A stretch of 64,000 nt of DNA from an uncultured Eubacteriales bacterium (GTDB lineage: Bacteria > Bacillota > Clostridia > Oscillospirales > UBA644), in assembly GCA_900547165.1 (NCBI GenBank), contig URFZ01000001.1, forward strand, positions 11,631-75,630, given 5' to 3'. This document shows, piece by piece, positions 27,073 through 37,036 of the stretch (position 1 is its first letter; the number at the start of each line of letters is the position of its first letter). Position numbers and translations under genes: made by a program. The notes beneath the pieces are model-generated. The model was not told where the DNA came from. It saw only the letters and a list, made by a program, of their open reading frames with translations, and searched no databases.

Positions 27073-27102
27073 GGCTGTAAAAATTTTGCATTTTTTACAG
27101 CC
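27073..27102. terminator. A/T-core hairpin after uvrC (copy 1 of a recurring motif)
   Basis: GGCTGTAAAAA-TTTTGCAT-TTTTTACAGCC lies 17 nt beyond the uvrC stop. Confidence 0.55.
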
Positions 27103-27118
27103 CCATATATATTCTGTT

Positions 27119-28897
27119 TTATTGTTCAAGCGCAAAGATTATTTTCAGAGCCAGCCCCTCGGTTATTCCGGGCACGGTCATCAGTTCTTCTTTTGACGCT
27201 TTTTTCATTTTTTCCACGGTCTTGAATTTATCGAACAGCGCTTTCACTTTAACTTTTCCGAGACCGCTGATTTTAAGCAGTTCGCTTCGTCTTGCCGCCT
27301 CGTCGCGCAAAGCGCGGTGATAGCCTATCGCATATTTGTGAACGGATTCCTGCAATCTGCCGCAAAAAGCAAAAACTTCAGGGTCGTTGCGCAGATCAAG
27401 TTCGTGACCGTCGCAAAAAACGATGCTTTTTGTTCTGTGTCGGCTGTCTTTTTTGAAGCCGATAACGTCTATATCATAGCCGAAAGAATCGACAACGGCT
27501 TTTACCGCATGGATCTGACCGAGACCGCCGTCGCAGACGATTATCTTCGGCAAAGGTGAGAATTTCTCGTCTCCGTCCGCAAAATGACGCAGGCGGCGTT
27601 CCACGGCTTCACTCATAAATGCGGTATCATCGGTGTTTCCGAAAGATTTTCCGACCTTATAACGGCGATATTTGTCCGAAACCAATATACCGTCTATGCA
27701 GGTCACCTGACCGCAAACAGCGTCCGTTCCGAGCATTTGGCTGACGTCGTATATCTCCATGAACGAAGCGTCTTTGAGCGATGTAAAATTGCAGAAAGCG
27801 TCGAGATTGCGCTGCGCTTTCATAGTTCTGCCCTCGTATTGGAGCATTCTCTCCCCCGCATTTTTGAATGCGCTTTCCAAAAGTTCTTTGTCCTGCTTCA
27901 TCGTCGGCAGTTTGACTTTGTTTTTAAGCCATTCGTTTATAAGAGGAAGCCATTCGTATTCCACGTCGATATAAATTCCGTTCGGCGGATTTTCGTCGTC
28001 AGAATAAAAACGTTCGATGTATTCGCGCAAAAGAGAATCGGAAAAAGGCTCGTCAAAAATATCGCTGCGTTCTCCTATAATATATCCGTTTCTTATGCGC
28101 AACATAAATATACAGGTCTTTTTATCGTTTGAACGATAACCGATATAGTCGGCATGACGGTTCGTAACGGACACCGCACGCTGACGTTCGGCAATCTCCG
28201 AAAGAGCGGCAGCGCTGTCGCGCAAAACGGCGGCGCGTTCAAAATCAAGATTCTCTGCGGCTTTTTCCATATCCGAAACGACTTTTTCGCGTATAGTATC
28301 AACGTTTCCGTTCAGGACGGCACAGACCTTTTCGCTGAGTTCTTCGAGTTTTTCTTCGTCCACCCGGTTCTCACAATATCCGAGACAACGCCCGATATGA
28401 TAATTAAGGCATATCTTTTTACGTCTGGTTTTTGCGGAACAGTCGGGCAATGCGAACGCCTTTGAAATAAGGCGAACGACCATATTGCATTTCTGACGCG
28501 ACAAAAACGGACCGAAATATTTTCCTTTTGAATTTTTGAAACGTTCGGTCGTCAAAACGGGAAAGCCCTTATCTATATAAAATCTGATGAACGGGTATCC
28601 GTTACCGTTTTTCAATGCGATATTGTAAAGCGGGACGTATCGTTTTATCAGACTGCACTCCGTTAAAAGAGCATCAAGTTCGCTCGCGCATATTATAACA
28701 TCGAAGCGGTCAACGCGTGAGACCATCTGCCGAGTTTTTTCCGTATGCTCCCCGTTGCGGAAATAACTGACGACGCGATTTTTGAGTATCTTCGCTTTTC
28801 CGACGTAAATGACCGTGCCGTTTACATCTTTCATCATGTAAACGCCGGGTTTCATCGGCAGTTCATTCGCCTTTTTGAGCAGCTCGCTTTTTGTCAT
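27119..28897 (-). CDS. uvrC: Excinuclease ABC subunit C
   Basis: GIY-YIG N-terminus (PGVYMMKDVNGTVIYVGKAKILKNRVVSYF), a UvrB-interaction region, and a C-terminal HhH2 (ISGLGKVKVKALFDKF). Confidence 0.95.
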   Translation of the reverse strand: MTKSELLKKANELPMKPGVYMMKDVNGTVIYVGKAKILKNRVVSYFRNGEHTEKTRQMVSRVDRFDVIICASELDALLTECSLIKRYVPLYNIALKNGNGYPFIRFYIDKGFPVLTTERFKNSKGKYFGPFLSRQKCNMVVRLISKAFALPDCSAKTRRKKICLNYHIGRCLGYCENRVDEEKLEELSEKVCAVLNGNVDTIREKVVSDMEKAAENLDFERAAVLRDSAAALSEIAERQRAVSVTNRHADYIGYRSNDKKTCIFMLRIRNGYIIGERSDIFDEPFSDSLLREYIERFYSDDENPPNGIYIDVEYEWLPLINEWLKNKVKLPTMKQDKELLESAFKNAGERMLQYEGRTMKAQRNLDAFCNFTSLKDASFMEIYDVSQMLGTDAVCGQVTCIDGILVSDKYRRYKVGKSFGNTDDTAFMSEAVERRLRHFADGDEKFSPLPKIIVCDGGLGQIHAVKAVVDSFGYDIDVIGFKKDSRHRTKSIVFCDGHELDLRNDPEVFAFCGRLQESVHKYAIGYHRALRDEAARRSELLKISGLGKVKVKALFDKFKTVEKMKKASKEELMTVPGITEGLALKIIFALEQ

Positions 28898-29015
28898 ATC
28901 GCGCCTCCGTTCCCGTTATTTTTCCCGAAAAGAACAAAAATAGTCAATAACCGAAATTCAAAACTCCGGTCATTCACTATTTTTATATCCTATTTAATTT
29001 GAAAGCCGCAGATCA

Positions 29016-29285
29016 TCAGGTGCGGTCTTCGATACCGCCGTTAAGAAGCTCGGTCAATCCTTCGATAGCTTCGGTCTCGTCAACGCCGTCAGCGATTATG
29101 TCAATAACGGTATCCTTGGTTATAGCCATGGAAAGGATTCCGAGAAGGCTCTTAGCATTCTGCCTGCAATCGCCTTTTTCTACCCAAATATTGCACTGAT
29201 ATTCGTTTGCTTTTTGAATGAAGAAAGTTGCGGGTCTTGCATGAAGTCCCACCGCATTGGTAACTTTTACCGTTTTAGATGTCAT
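29016..29285 (-). CDS. ptsH: Phosphocarrier protein HPr
   Basis: MTSKTVKVTNAVGLHARPATFFIQKA (His15 motif) and NAKSLLGILSMA (Ser46 motif). The start is ATG 29285, 9 nt after GAGGAG. Confidence 0.9.
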   Translation of the reverse strand: MTSKTVKVTNAVGLHARPATFFIQKANEYQCNIWVEKGDCRQNAKSLLGILSMAITKDTVIDIIADGVDETEAIEGLTELLNGGIEDRT

Positions 29286-29339
29286 AAACATTCTCTCCTC
29301 TTTGCGCAGATATACAAACATCCGCGTTTTTACAATGTT

Positions 29340-29368
29340 ATTTTACCATACGCACAAAAAAACTTCAA
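29340..29368 (-). promoter_or_regulatory. Extended -10 promoter of ptsH
   Basis: The minus strand reads TTGAAG-17 nt-(TGG)TAAAAT. Confidence 0.5.
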
Positions 29369-29495
29369 CCCATAAATACAACAAAAAGCACATATCAAAT
29401 TTATAATTTTAGGTTAAATATAACAAAATACAAATAATTCTTGACAAAGCGCGGCAACATTGTCTTTATCTGTATCGGCTGGCGTTCTTCTCACG

Positions 29496-29527
29496 GAATA
29501 CGCCGAACCGACGCGGCAAACATAATA
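29496..29527 (+). promoter_or_regulatory. Possible forespore (sigma-G/F-like) promoter of spoIVB
   Basis: GAATA...CATAATA resembles GHATR / CATxxTA. The spacer is 20 nt rather than 17-18, so this is tentative. Confidence 0.25.
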
Positions 29528-29598
29528 TTGAAGCGCGGACTGCCAAAAGCGCATTGACAAAATCAACCACGGCACCGCGATTCGAAGAAGGTGAACAA

Positions 29599-30762
29599 TT
29601 GCCAAAATCAAAAACAATGCGACGGATATTTCTGCTGCCGTTGATGATCGCAATGGTCGTTACCTGCGCATGGATATATACAGACGCGCAAGTGCCGGAG
29701 AACTGCTATGTCACGGCGGGGAAAGAACCGAACATCGAAACGCTTTGTCCGACGACTCTGACGCGCATAGGAGAGGGACAGAGATACGATATCAAAGTCA
29801 ACCTCTGCGGCGTCATACCCGTAAAAACGGTCAGTGTGACGGTTCTCGGAACGGAAAAGGTCATTCCCGGCGGGCAGGTCTTCGGCGTCAAGTTTTATTG
29901 CGACGGACTTATCGTGATAAATATTGACGACGGCTCGCCTGCGGCGAAAAGCGGAATATGCGTCGGAGACATCATAACGAAAGTCGACGGCTCAAAAATT
30001 TCGCAAAACGAAGAACTTGCGGCGCTTGTTGCTTCCTGTGGGGGAAAAGAACTGACGCTGACTTACACCCATGACGGCAAGGAATGCAAAGCGTCTGTTC
30101 GACCCACGTTGCGTGACGGGGAGTACAAACTCGGACTTTGGGTGCGTGACAGCGCGGCGGGTCTCGGAACAATGACGTTTTACAATCCCTCAAACGGAAC
30201 TTTCGGGGCGCTCGGACATTCTATATCAGACGCAGACACGGCGCGCCTACTTCCTTTGAGAAAAGGAACAATCGTTCCGGCGGCGATAACGGGAATAGTC
30301 AAAGGCAACACGGGCAGTCCCGGTCAGCTTTCGGGAACTTTTCTTGACTCATCGGTGTTGGGAAATGTTTTCAAAAACTGCGACTGCGGTATTTTCGGAA
30401 CTGTTGACAGCGCAAAGAACTACGACGCCGAACCTGTTGAGATAGGGCTCAGCGGCGACGTCAAAACAGGCAAAGCGACCATTCGCTGTACGCTTGATTC
30501 GACGGGCGTCAAAGAATACGACATCGAGATACTCAAAATCAACCGTGACGAAAATCAGAGGACGAAAAATATGCTGATAAAAGTTACGGATGCGGAGTTG
30601 CTCGAAAAAACGGGCGGCATCGTTCAGGGAATGAGCGGAAGCCCGATTATCCAGAACGGCAAACTTATCGGCGCGGTGACCCACGTTCTTGTCAGCGACC
30701 CGAAACAGGGATACGCGGTATTCATCGAAAATATGCTGGCGGAATGTGAACCCGCCGTCTGA
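29599..30762 (+). CDS. spoIVB: SpoIVB peptidase (S55), sporulation signalling protease
   Basis: A PDZ region (GDIITKVDGSKISQNEELAALV) is present. S55 blocks are GLGTMTFYNPSNGTFGALGHSISD and GMSGSPIIQNGKLIGAVTHVLV. The start is uncertain: TTG 29599 after AAGGTG, or ATG 29617. Confidence 0.85.
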   Translation: MPKSKTMRRIFLLPLMIAMVVTCAWIYTDAQVPENCYVTAGKEPNIETLCPTTLTRIGEGQRYDIKVNLCGVIPVKTVSVTVLGTEKVIPGGQVFGVKFYCDGLIVINIDDGSPAAKSGICVGDIITKVDGSKISQNEELAALVASCGGKELTLTYTHDGKECKASVRPTLRDGEYKLGLWVRDSAAGLGTMTFYNPSNGTFGALGHSISDADTARLLPLRKGTIVPAAITGIVKGNTGSPGQLSGTFLDSSVLGNVFKNCDCGIFGTVDSAKNYDAEPVEIGLSGDVKTGKATIRCTLDSTGVKEYDIEILKINRDENQRTKNMLIKVTDAELLEKTGGIVQGMSGSPIIQNGKLIGAVTHVLVSDPKQGYAVFIENMLAECEPAV

Positions 30763-30833
30763 TTCGATCAGACAATAACAGTCAACATCAACGCCTGCGA
30801 GTTATTTGAAAGATTTCGACGGAAGAAGAAAAC

Positions 30834-30868
30834 GGGGCTGTAAAAAACGCAAGTTTTTTTACAACCCC
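30834..30868. terminator. A/T-core hairpin between spoIVB and recG (copy 2 of the recurring motif)
   Basis: GGGGCTGTAAAAAA-CGCAAGT-TTTTTTACAACCCC (one mismatch) lies between the convergent stops at 30762 and 30894. Confidence 0.6.
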
Positions 30869-30893
30869 GCACATATAATAAATTAAAAAATGT

Positions 30894-32933
30894 TTAACTG
30901 AATATATTAAAATCAACTCTGTCAAACAGTTCGATAACAGAATTTTTAAGTCCGACAAGGCTTTCGTCCGTGAACCAAAGAGGGTCGTTCAAAATATTGT
31001 CGGCGGTCTCTTTTGCCTGTTCAAGCGTTTGCATATCCGTCAACAGGTCTGCGTGACGGAATATCGGAAGTCCGCTCTGTCGCTGACCGAAAAAGTCTCC
31101 CGGACCTCGGATTTCAAGGTCTTTTCGGCTTATTTCAAAACCGTCGGTCGTCGAACAAAACGCTTTGAGACGTTCGAGAGTTTTTTCGTTTTTCGTATCG
31201 GACGAAACGAAGCAGTAGGACTTTTTTGTTCCGCGCCCGACGCGTCCGCGCAACTGATGAAGCTGCGAAAGTCCGAAACGGTCGGCATTTTCGATAATCA
31301 TTATCGTTGCGTTCGGCACATCGACTCCGACTTCAACAACCGTTGTGGAAACAAGCACCTGCGTTTTTCCGTCGGCAAAATCACGGAGTATCTCTTCTTT
31401 TTCCTTGGCTTTCATCTTACCGTGCAGATAACGTACGGAAATGCCGTTCAGGTGTTCTCGGCAAAGTCTGTCCGCATATTCGACGGCTGAACGCAACTCG
31501 TCGTTGTCCCCCTCTTCTACAAGCGGGCAAACGACATAAGCCTGCGCGCCTTTCAGACATTCTTCGCGCAGATACGAATACATTCGGTCGTGATATGAGC
31601 CGTCCACGAGGTGCGTTGAAATTTTCTGTCTGCCGGGAGGCAATTCGTCGATAACGGAAATATCCATATCGCCGTAAAGAATCATTGCAAGAGTTCTCGG
31701 AATAGGCGTTGCGGACATAACCAGAATATGGGTGCCGTTTCCTTTTTCGGAAAGTTTTGACCGTTGTGAAATGCCGAAACGGTGCTGTTCGTCGGTCACG
31801 GCAAGCGCAAGGTCGAAAAAATCCACACCTTTCTGAAAAACGGCATGAGTGCCTATAAGTACATCTATCTCCCCGTTTTTGAGCCGATCAAGAAGTTTTT
31901 TTCGCTCTGCGGCGGAAGTCGAACCCGTCAGCAAAGCGCACCGAACACCGAGACCGTCAAACAATTTTGTAAAAGACGCAAAATGCTGAACCGCAAGTAT
32001 TTCGGTCGGAGCCATAAGGCAGGACTGCCTGCCGCATTTTGAGACATAATACATAACCGCGGCTGCGACAACGGTTTTTCCGCTTCCGACATCGCCCTGA
32101 ACTATACGGGACATCGGCGTCTTTTTTTTCAAATCGGAAAGGCAATCGTCAAGCGCACGTTTTTGCGCGTTTGTCAGCGTATACGGCAACGTTTTCAGAA
32201 AATCGGAGACGTCGCAATCGCCCTCAACGGGGTTTCCGACAAGTTTGCGGTTTGCCGAACGCAGCGTCATTATACCGAGCGAAAACAACAGCAATTCTTC
32301 AAACGCAAAGCGACGCATAGCCTTTTCACGCGCTTCAAAAGATGTAGGAAAATGAATTTGTCTGTACGCTTCCGAAAGAGGGCAAAGCGAATACTTTTCG
32401 ATTATTTCCCTGTTCAGAGTTTCCGAGAGATTGCTCCCTACCGCAGTCAGCGCCGTTTTCACAAGCGCCGCAATTCTGTTTGATGAGATACCTTTCGGGT
32501 GCGAATAAACGGGGTGTATATATTTATTCTCAGGTTTTTCAATCACGGGGGCGTTTATATCAACGAACTTACCGAGTTTTTCGACTTTGCCGTAAAACAG
32601 ATATTTTTTGCCAACCTCGACAGAACCCATAACATACGGCTGATTGTAAAAGGTCAGACGTGCTTCACCCGTGCCGTCCGAAACGTCTATCTTCGAAAAG
32701 GTTATTCCTTTTGCGGTAAACGGACGCATTTTTTTGACGACAGTCGCTTCCACAACAACCGAAACATCGGGTTCGAGTTCGGCGATTTTTGATATTTGGG
32801 AAAAATCAATATACTTTCGGGGAAAGTATTCAAGCAGGTCGCGAACGGTCAATATACCGAGATTTTCAAGTTCTTTTTGCATTTTTGTTCCGACGCCTTT
32901 CAGCACGGAAACATTTGCGTCCGAAATGTTCAT
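30894..32933 (-). CDS. recG: ATP-dependent DNA helicase RecG
   Basis: Wedge domain, then helicase motifs GDVGSGKT, DEQHRFG, MSATPIPRT and QLRGRVGRG. Confidence 0.95.
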   Translation of the reverse strand: MNISDANVSVLKGVGTKMQKELENLGILTVRDLLEYFPRKYIDFSQISKIAELEPDVSVVVEATVVKKMRPFTAKGITFSKIDVSDGTGEARLTFYNQPYVMGSVEVGKKYLFYGKVEKLGKFVDINAPVIEKPENKYIHPVYSHPKGISSNRIAALVKTALTAVGSNLSETLNREIIEKYSLCPLSEAYRQIHFPTSFEAREKAMRRFAFEELLLFSLGIMTLRSANRKLVGNPVEGDCDVSDFLKTLPYTLTNAQKRALDDCLSDLKKKTPMSRIVQGDVGSGKTVVAAAVMYYVSKCGRQSCLMAPTEILAVQHFASFTKLFDGLGVRCALLTGSTSAAERKKLLDRLKNGEIDVLIGTHAVFQKGVDFFDLALAVTDEQHRFGISQRSKLSEKGNGTHILVMSATPIPRTLAMILYGDMDISVIDELPPGRQKISTHLVDGSYHDRMYSYLREECLKGAQAYVVCPLVEEGDNDELRSAVEYADRLCREHLNGISVRYLHGKMKAKEKEEILRDFADGKTQVLVSTTVVEVGVDVPNATIMIIENADRFGLSQLHQLRGRVGRGTKKSYCFVSSDTKNEKTLERLKAFCSTTDGFEISRKDLEIRGPGDFFGQRQSGLPIFRHADLLTDMQTLEQAKETADNILNDPLWFTDESLVGLKNSVIELFDRVDFNIFS

Positions 32934-32972
32934 AACCTTTGCTTTCCCCCTTTACATTTTCTGTACAAGATT

Positions 32973-33017
32973 CAAAAAACTGCGGTTCTTGTCTCGGAAA
33001 CGGACAAAGACCGCAGT
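32973..33017 (-). terminator. Intrinsic terminator after cysS
   Basis: The minus strand reads ACTGCGGTCTTTGTC-loop-GACAAGAACCGCAGT followed by TTTTTTG. Confidence 0.75.
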
Positions 33018-33047
33018 TTGAAAGTTATTTTGAAAAGAGCGTCCGTT

Positions 33048-34475
33048 TCAGACTCTTTCCCACTTTGCTCCGTTCGGAGTGTCGGTTATAACGATGCCCT
33101 CCGCTTTGAGAGAGTCGCGTATCTCGTCGGCACGGGCAAAATTTCTGTCTTTTTTCGCCTGCGCACGTTCCGCAAGCAGAACCTCGATTCTTGCGGCATC
33201 GGGATCGGACGACGGTTCTTCCGCTTTTGCGTTCAACGCGTCCGCTTCTTTGCAAAGATTGAGCGAAAGCACGGTATCGAACTCTTCGATAAGCGCACGT
33301 TTGGTCTTATCGTTTGTATCGTATTTCAAAACGTCGTAAAGGCAGGTTATGCCGAGCGATGTGTTCAAGTCGTTGGACATTCCGTCGTTGAATTTTTCAC
33401 GCAGAGCCGTCGCGGCGTTTTCATCAAAAACGTCGTTTTCCTGCGGGTTAAGAGCGGCTATACGCTCAACAAGTTTTTTGTATGCAACGGTCGCATTGTC
33501 AAGTCCCTCATACGAGAAAACAAGATTCTTGCGATAATGCGATTGCAGGCAGAAAAAGCGGTATACGGCAGGGTCATATCCTTTTTCTTTGAGCAGCGAA
33601 AGCGTCAGAAATTCGCCTTTTGACTTCGACATCTTACCGTCAGTCGTGTTAAGATGCAGAACATGGAACCAATGCGGGCACCATGCATGACCGAGATATG
33701 CCTCGGACTGCGCAATTTCGTTGGTGTGATGCGGAAAAGCGTTATCTATGCCGCCGCAATGAAGGTCAAGATATTCGCCGAGGTTCTTTATGCTTATCGC
33801 GGAGCATTCGATATGCCAGCCGGGATAGCCGACGCCCCACGGGGAGTCCCACTTCAATTCCTGATCCTCAAACTTTGATTTTGTGAACCAAAGAACAAAG
33901 TCCGCCTTGTTTCTCTTGTTCGTGTCCTCAAATACGCCATCTCGAACGCCGACCGCGAGATTTTCCTCATCATGGTCGTTGAAAACATAATATTTTTTGA
34001 GCGTTGAAGTGTCAAAATACACGTTGCCGCCCGCGATATATGCGGAGCCGTTGTCAAGCAGGCGCGTTATCATTTCGATATATTCGGGAATGCAATGCGT
34101 TGCGGGCTCGACTATCTCGGGCTTTTTGATGTTCAGTTCGGCGCAGTCCTCAAAAAACTTATCCGTATAAAACTTCGCTATCTGCATAACGGTTTTATGC
34201 TCGCGTTTTGCGCCTTTGAGCATTTTATCCTCGCCCGTGTCCGCGTCCGAAGAAAGATGTCCCACGTCGGTTATGTTCATCGCGCGCTTAACGTGTATAC
34301 CCGTGTAATTGATATATTTTTCGAGAACGTCTTCCATTATATACGAACGCAGGTTTCCGATATGCGCAAAATGATATACGGTCGGGCCGCAGGTGTACAT
34401 AGTGCAAACGCCCGGTTCATGAGTTTTCAACTCTTCTTTTTTATGGGTAAGCGAATTGTAAAGATTTATCATCAC
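33048..34475 (-). CDS. cysS: Cysteine--tRNA ligase
   Basis: HIGN-type motif (PTVYHFAHIGNLRSY) and KMSKS (GKMSKSKG). Confidence 0.95.
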   Translation of the reverse strand: MMINLYNSLTHKKEELKTHEPGVCTMYTCGPTVYHFAHIGNLRSYIMEDVLEKYINYTGIHVKRAMNITDVGHLSSDADTGEDKMLKGAKREHKTVMQIAKFYTDKFFEDCAELNIKKPEIVEPATHCIPEYIEMITRLLDNGSAYIAGGNVYFDTSTLKKYYVFNDHDEENLAVGVRDGVFEDTNKRNKADFVLWFTKSKFEDQELKWDSPWGVGYPGWHIECSAISIKNLGEYLDLHCGGIDNAFPHHTNEIAQSEAYLGHAWCPHWFHVLHLNTTDGKMSKSKGEFLTLSLLKEKGYDPAVYRFFCLQSHYRKNLVFSYEGLDNATVAYKKLVERIAALNPQENDVFDENAATALREKFNDGMSNDLNTSLGITCLYDVLKYDTNDKTKRALIEEFDTVLSLNLCKEADALNAKAEEPSSDPDAARIEVLLAERAQAKKDRNFARADEIRDSLKAEGIVITDTPNGAKWERV

Positions 34476-35110
34476 TCTTTTTTCTCCAATCTTTTAAGTT
34501 CCGCACGCAGCGTGTCTATCTGCGCCTGCAATCGACACAGTTCCTGCGATACGGGGTCAGGTATATGCACCTGATCCAGGTCGGGAGTTTTCTGTCCGTC
34601 ACGTTTGACTATCCTTGCGGGAACGCCGACCGCCGTGGAGTTGGGCGGCACGTCGCACAGAACAACAGCACCTGCGGCGACTTTTGAATTGTCCCCTATC
34701 GTTATCGAGCCGAGAACTTTGGCACCCGCACCGATAACAACGTTGTTGCCGAGCGTAGGATGTCTTTTGCCTGTTTCTTTGCCTGTTCCGCCGAGCGTTA
34801 CGCCGTGATAGATAAGGCAATCGTCCCCTATCTCTGCGGTCTCGCCTATAACGACGCCCATACCGTGGTCGATAACGAGTCTGCGCCCGAGTTTTGCGGC
34901 GGGATGTATCTCCACACCCGTTTTATGTCTTGCGCGCTGAGATATGGCACGCGCTAAAAATTTATGATTGTGCCTGTAAAAGAAATTTGCAACGCGGTGA
35001 CTGCGTATTGCTTTAAGTCCCGAATAGCAGAAAAATATTTCCGCATTCGAACGCGCGGCAGGGTCTCTTTCTCTGAAAGCGGCAATATCTTCTTTCAGTC
35101 TTTTTCCCAT
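34472..35110 (-). CDS. cysE: Serine O-acetyltransferase
   Basis: RERDPAARSNAEIFFCYSGLKAIRSHRVANFFYRH plus hexapeptide repeats (GVVIGETAEIGDDCLIYHGVTLGGTG). Confidence 0.9.
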   Translation of the reverse strand: MGKRLKEDIAAFRERDPAARSNAEIFFCYSGLKAIRSHRVANFFYRHNHKFLARAISQRARHKTGVEIHPAAKLGRRLVIDHGMGVVIGETAEIGDDCLIYHGVTLGGTGKETGKRHPTLGNNVVIGAGAKVLGSITIGDNSKVAAGAVVLCDVPPNSTAVGVPARIVKRDGQKTPDLDQVHIPDPVSQELCRLQAQIDTLRAELKRLEKKE

Positions 35111-35126
35111 AATTCCCCTATCCGAA

Positions 35127-35744
35127 TTATTTCATCTTAATAAATTTTGCGCCGTTTACAAAGTAAGGGATAACGGATATGACCGTTATAACGGCAAGTA
35201 CCCAAACGGCGATCTGAACGGGCAGAAATGAAATCCCGTCATGCGGAGCAGACATCATTGTTACGGAAGTGTCCTTTATCCAATACATAACGATAAGATA
35301 AATGTACGAACAGGACATGACCACGCCCTGCGTTCCCGTTTTAATCTTGCCCCAAATGCTTGCGGCGATAACTTCGCCCTTTGCCGCCGCCTGCATACGA
35401 AGTCCAGAAATAAGAAATTCGCGGGCAACGATAAGGATAACCGCAACGCTTGATGCAAGCCCCACAGAGATAAAGCCCATAAGGACGCTGACAACAAGCA
35501 GTTTATCCGCTATCGGGTCAAGAAATTTGCCGAAATCGCTGACAAGATTATATTTTCTCGCTATTTTTCCGTCCGCCATATCCGTGAGCATCGCAATGCC
35601 GAAAACAGCGCCCGAAACAAGCATTCTGATATATACGGGAATGCCGTTTACAACAGGGTTATCCAAAAGGAACAACAGAACGAACGGTATCAGAGCAACA
35701 CGCGTTATACAAAGATAGTTGGGTAAATTTTTATTTACTTTCAT
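35127..35744 (-). CDS. pgsA: CDP-diacylglycerol--glycerol-3-phosphate 3-phosphatidyltransferase
   Basis: CDP-alcohol phosphatidyltransferase motif DMADGKIARKYNLVSDFGKFLDPIADKLL, with multiple TM helices. Confidence 0.9.
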   Translation of the reverse strand: MKVNKNLPNYLCITRVALIPFVLLFLLDNPVVNGIPVYIRMLVSGAVFGIAMLTDMADGKIARKYNLVSDFGKFLDPIADKLLVVSVLMGFISVGLASSVAVILIVAREFLISGLRMQAAAKGEVIAASIWGKIKTGTQGVVMSCSYIYLIVMYWIKDTSVTMMSAPHDGISFLPVQIAVWVLAVITVISVIPYFVNGAKFIKMK

Positions 35745-37036
35745 TTCTTCACCGCCTTGCCGAACAAGTCGTAATCTTTACATTCATCAATTCGAACGCG
35801 GACAAAATCGCCCTCCGAAACGGCGAAATCGGAGTCAAAATAAACTCTTCCGTCAATGTCGGGAGCCTGAAAATACGCTCTTCCTACAAGTTTGCCGTCT
35901 TCCGCGCCCTCAACGAGAACATCGTAAGTTTTTCCCACATACTGTTCGTTTATGTCTTCAAGAAGTCTCAACTGCATCTGCATAATGCGGTCCGCTCTGT
36001 CCTGTTTTGTCTGTTCGTCGATCTGACCGCGCATTCTCGCTGCGGGAGTTCCCTCTTCACGCGAATACGGAAAAACGCCGAGATTGTTGAAACGAACTTC
36101 CGATACAAATTCACAGAGTTCCTCAAAATCCGCTTCGCTTTCGTGCGGGAAGCCCGAAATAAACGTCGTTCGAAGCGACACGCCAGGAACCATATCGCGG
36201 ATATGCTTCATCTGTGCCGCAAGGCTTTTCACATCGCCGCTTCTGTTCATTCGTTTCAAAACGTCTTTCGACGCGTGCTGCAACGGCACATCGATGTACG
36301 AACAGAACTTTTCCTCATTTGCCATGAGTTCGAGAAATTCGTCCGTTATGCCCTCCGGGCGGCAATAAAGCACACGCACCCACTTGACGGACGGAATGGC
36401 GCAGGTCTTTTTTATAAGTTCGCAAAGACGCGGATATTTTGTGGTGTCCTGAGCAATGAGATTTATCTCTTTCGCACCGTTGAACGCAAGCGTTCTTATC
36501 TCGTCGAGAACGTCCTCGAACGGGCGCGGCTGAAATTCTCCTCTGACGGACGGTATGACGCAGTATGTGCAATGATTTGAACATCCGTCCGCTATCTTGA
36601 CATAAACCGAATAATCGGTCGAAGTCAGAACACGCTCGCCGTCGGGACACGGTGTGTCAAGCGGCGCATAGTATTCGTAAATGCCGTCGCTTTCTATCGC
36701 TTCGACTATCTTATCAAAAGATTTTGAACCGAGGCAGGCATCGACCTCGGGCATATTCTCTATTATCTCGCCGCGATAGCGTTCCGCCATACAGCCCGTT
36801 ACTATGATTTTTTTCAGTTTTCCCTTTGTTTTATACTCCGCCGCATCGAGTATCGCCCCGATGGACTCTTCTTTTGCGGGTCCGATAAACGTACAGGTGT
36901 GAACTATGCACGCATCGCACTCCGCAAGGTCGGGACATATCTCATACCCGTGTTTTTCGAGCATTCCCAAAAGCACTTCCGCATCGACCCTGTTTTTTGC
37001 GCAGCCGAGCGCTATCATGCCTATTTTTTTACTCAT
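35741..37036 (-). CDS. rimO: Ribosomal protein S12 methylthiotransferase RimO
   Basis: N-terminal GCAKNRVDAE cluster, radical SAM CSNHCTYC, C-terminal TRAM domain, 431 aa. Confidence 0.85.
   Translation of the reverse strand: MSKKIGMIALGCAKNRVDAEVLLGMLEKHGYEICPDLAECDACIVHTCTFIGPAKEESIGAILDAAEYKTKGKLKKIIVTGCMAERYRGEIIENMPEVDACLGSKSFDKIVEAIESDGIYEYYAPLDTPCPDGERVLTSTDYSVYVKIADGCSNHCTYCVIPSVRGEFQPRPFEDVLDEIRTLAFNGAKEINLIAQDTTKYPRLCELIKKTCAIPSVKWVRVLYCRPEGITDEFLELMANEEKFCSYIDVPLQHASKDVLKRMNRSGDVKSLAAQMKHIRDMVPGVSLRTTFISGFPHESEADFEELCEFVSEVRFNNLGVFPYSREEGTPAARMRGQIDEQTKQDRADRIMQMQLRLLEDINEQYVGKTYDVLVEGAEDGKLVGRAYFQAPDIDGRVYFDSDFAVSEGDFVRVRIDECKDYDLFGKAVKK

Noticed and set aside
26971-27225. 84-aa plus-strand ORF in the aminopeptidase/uvrC intergenic region.
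   Set aside because: The SD spacing is too short. The ORF runs through the uvrC terminator hairpin and into the uvrC 3' end on the opposite strand.
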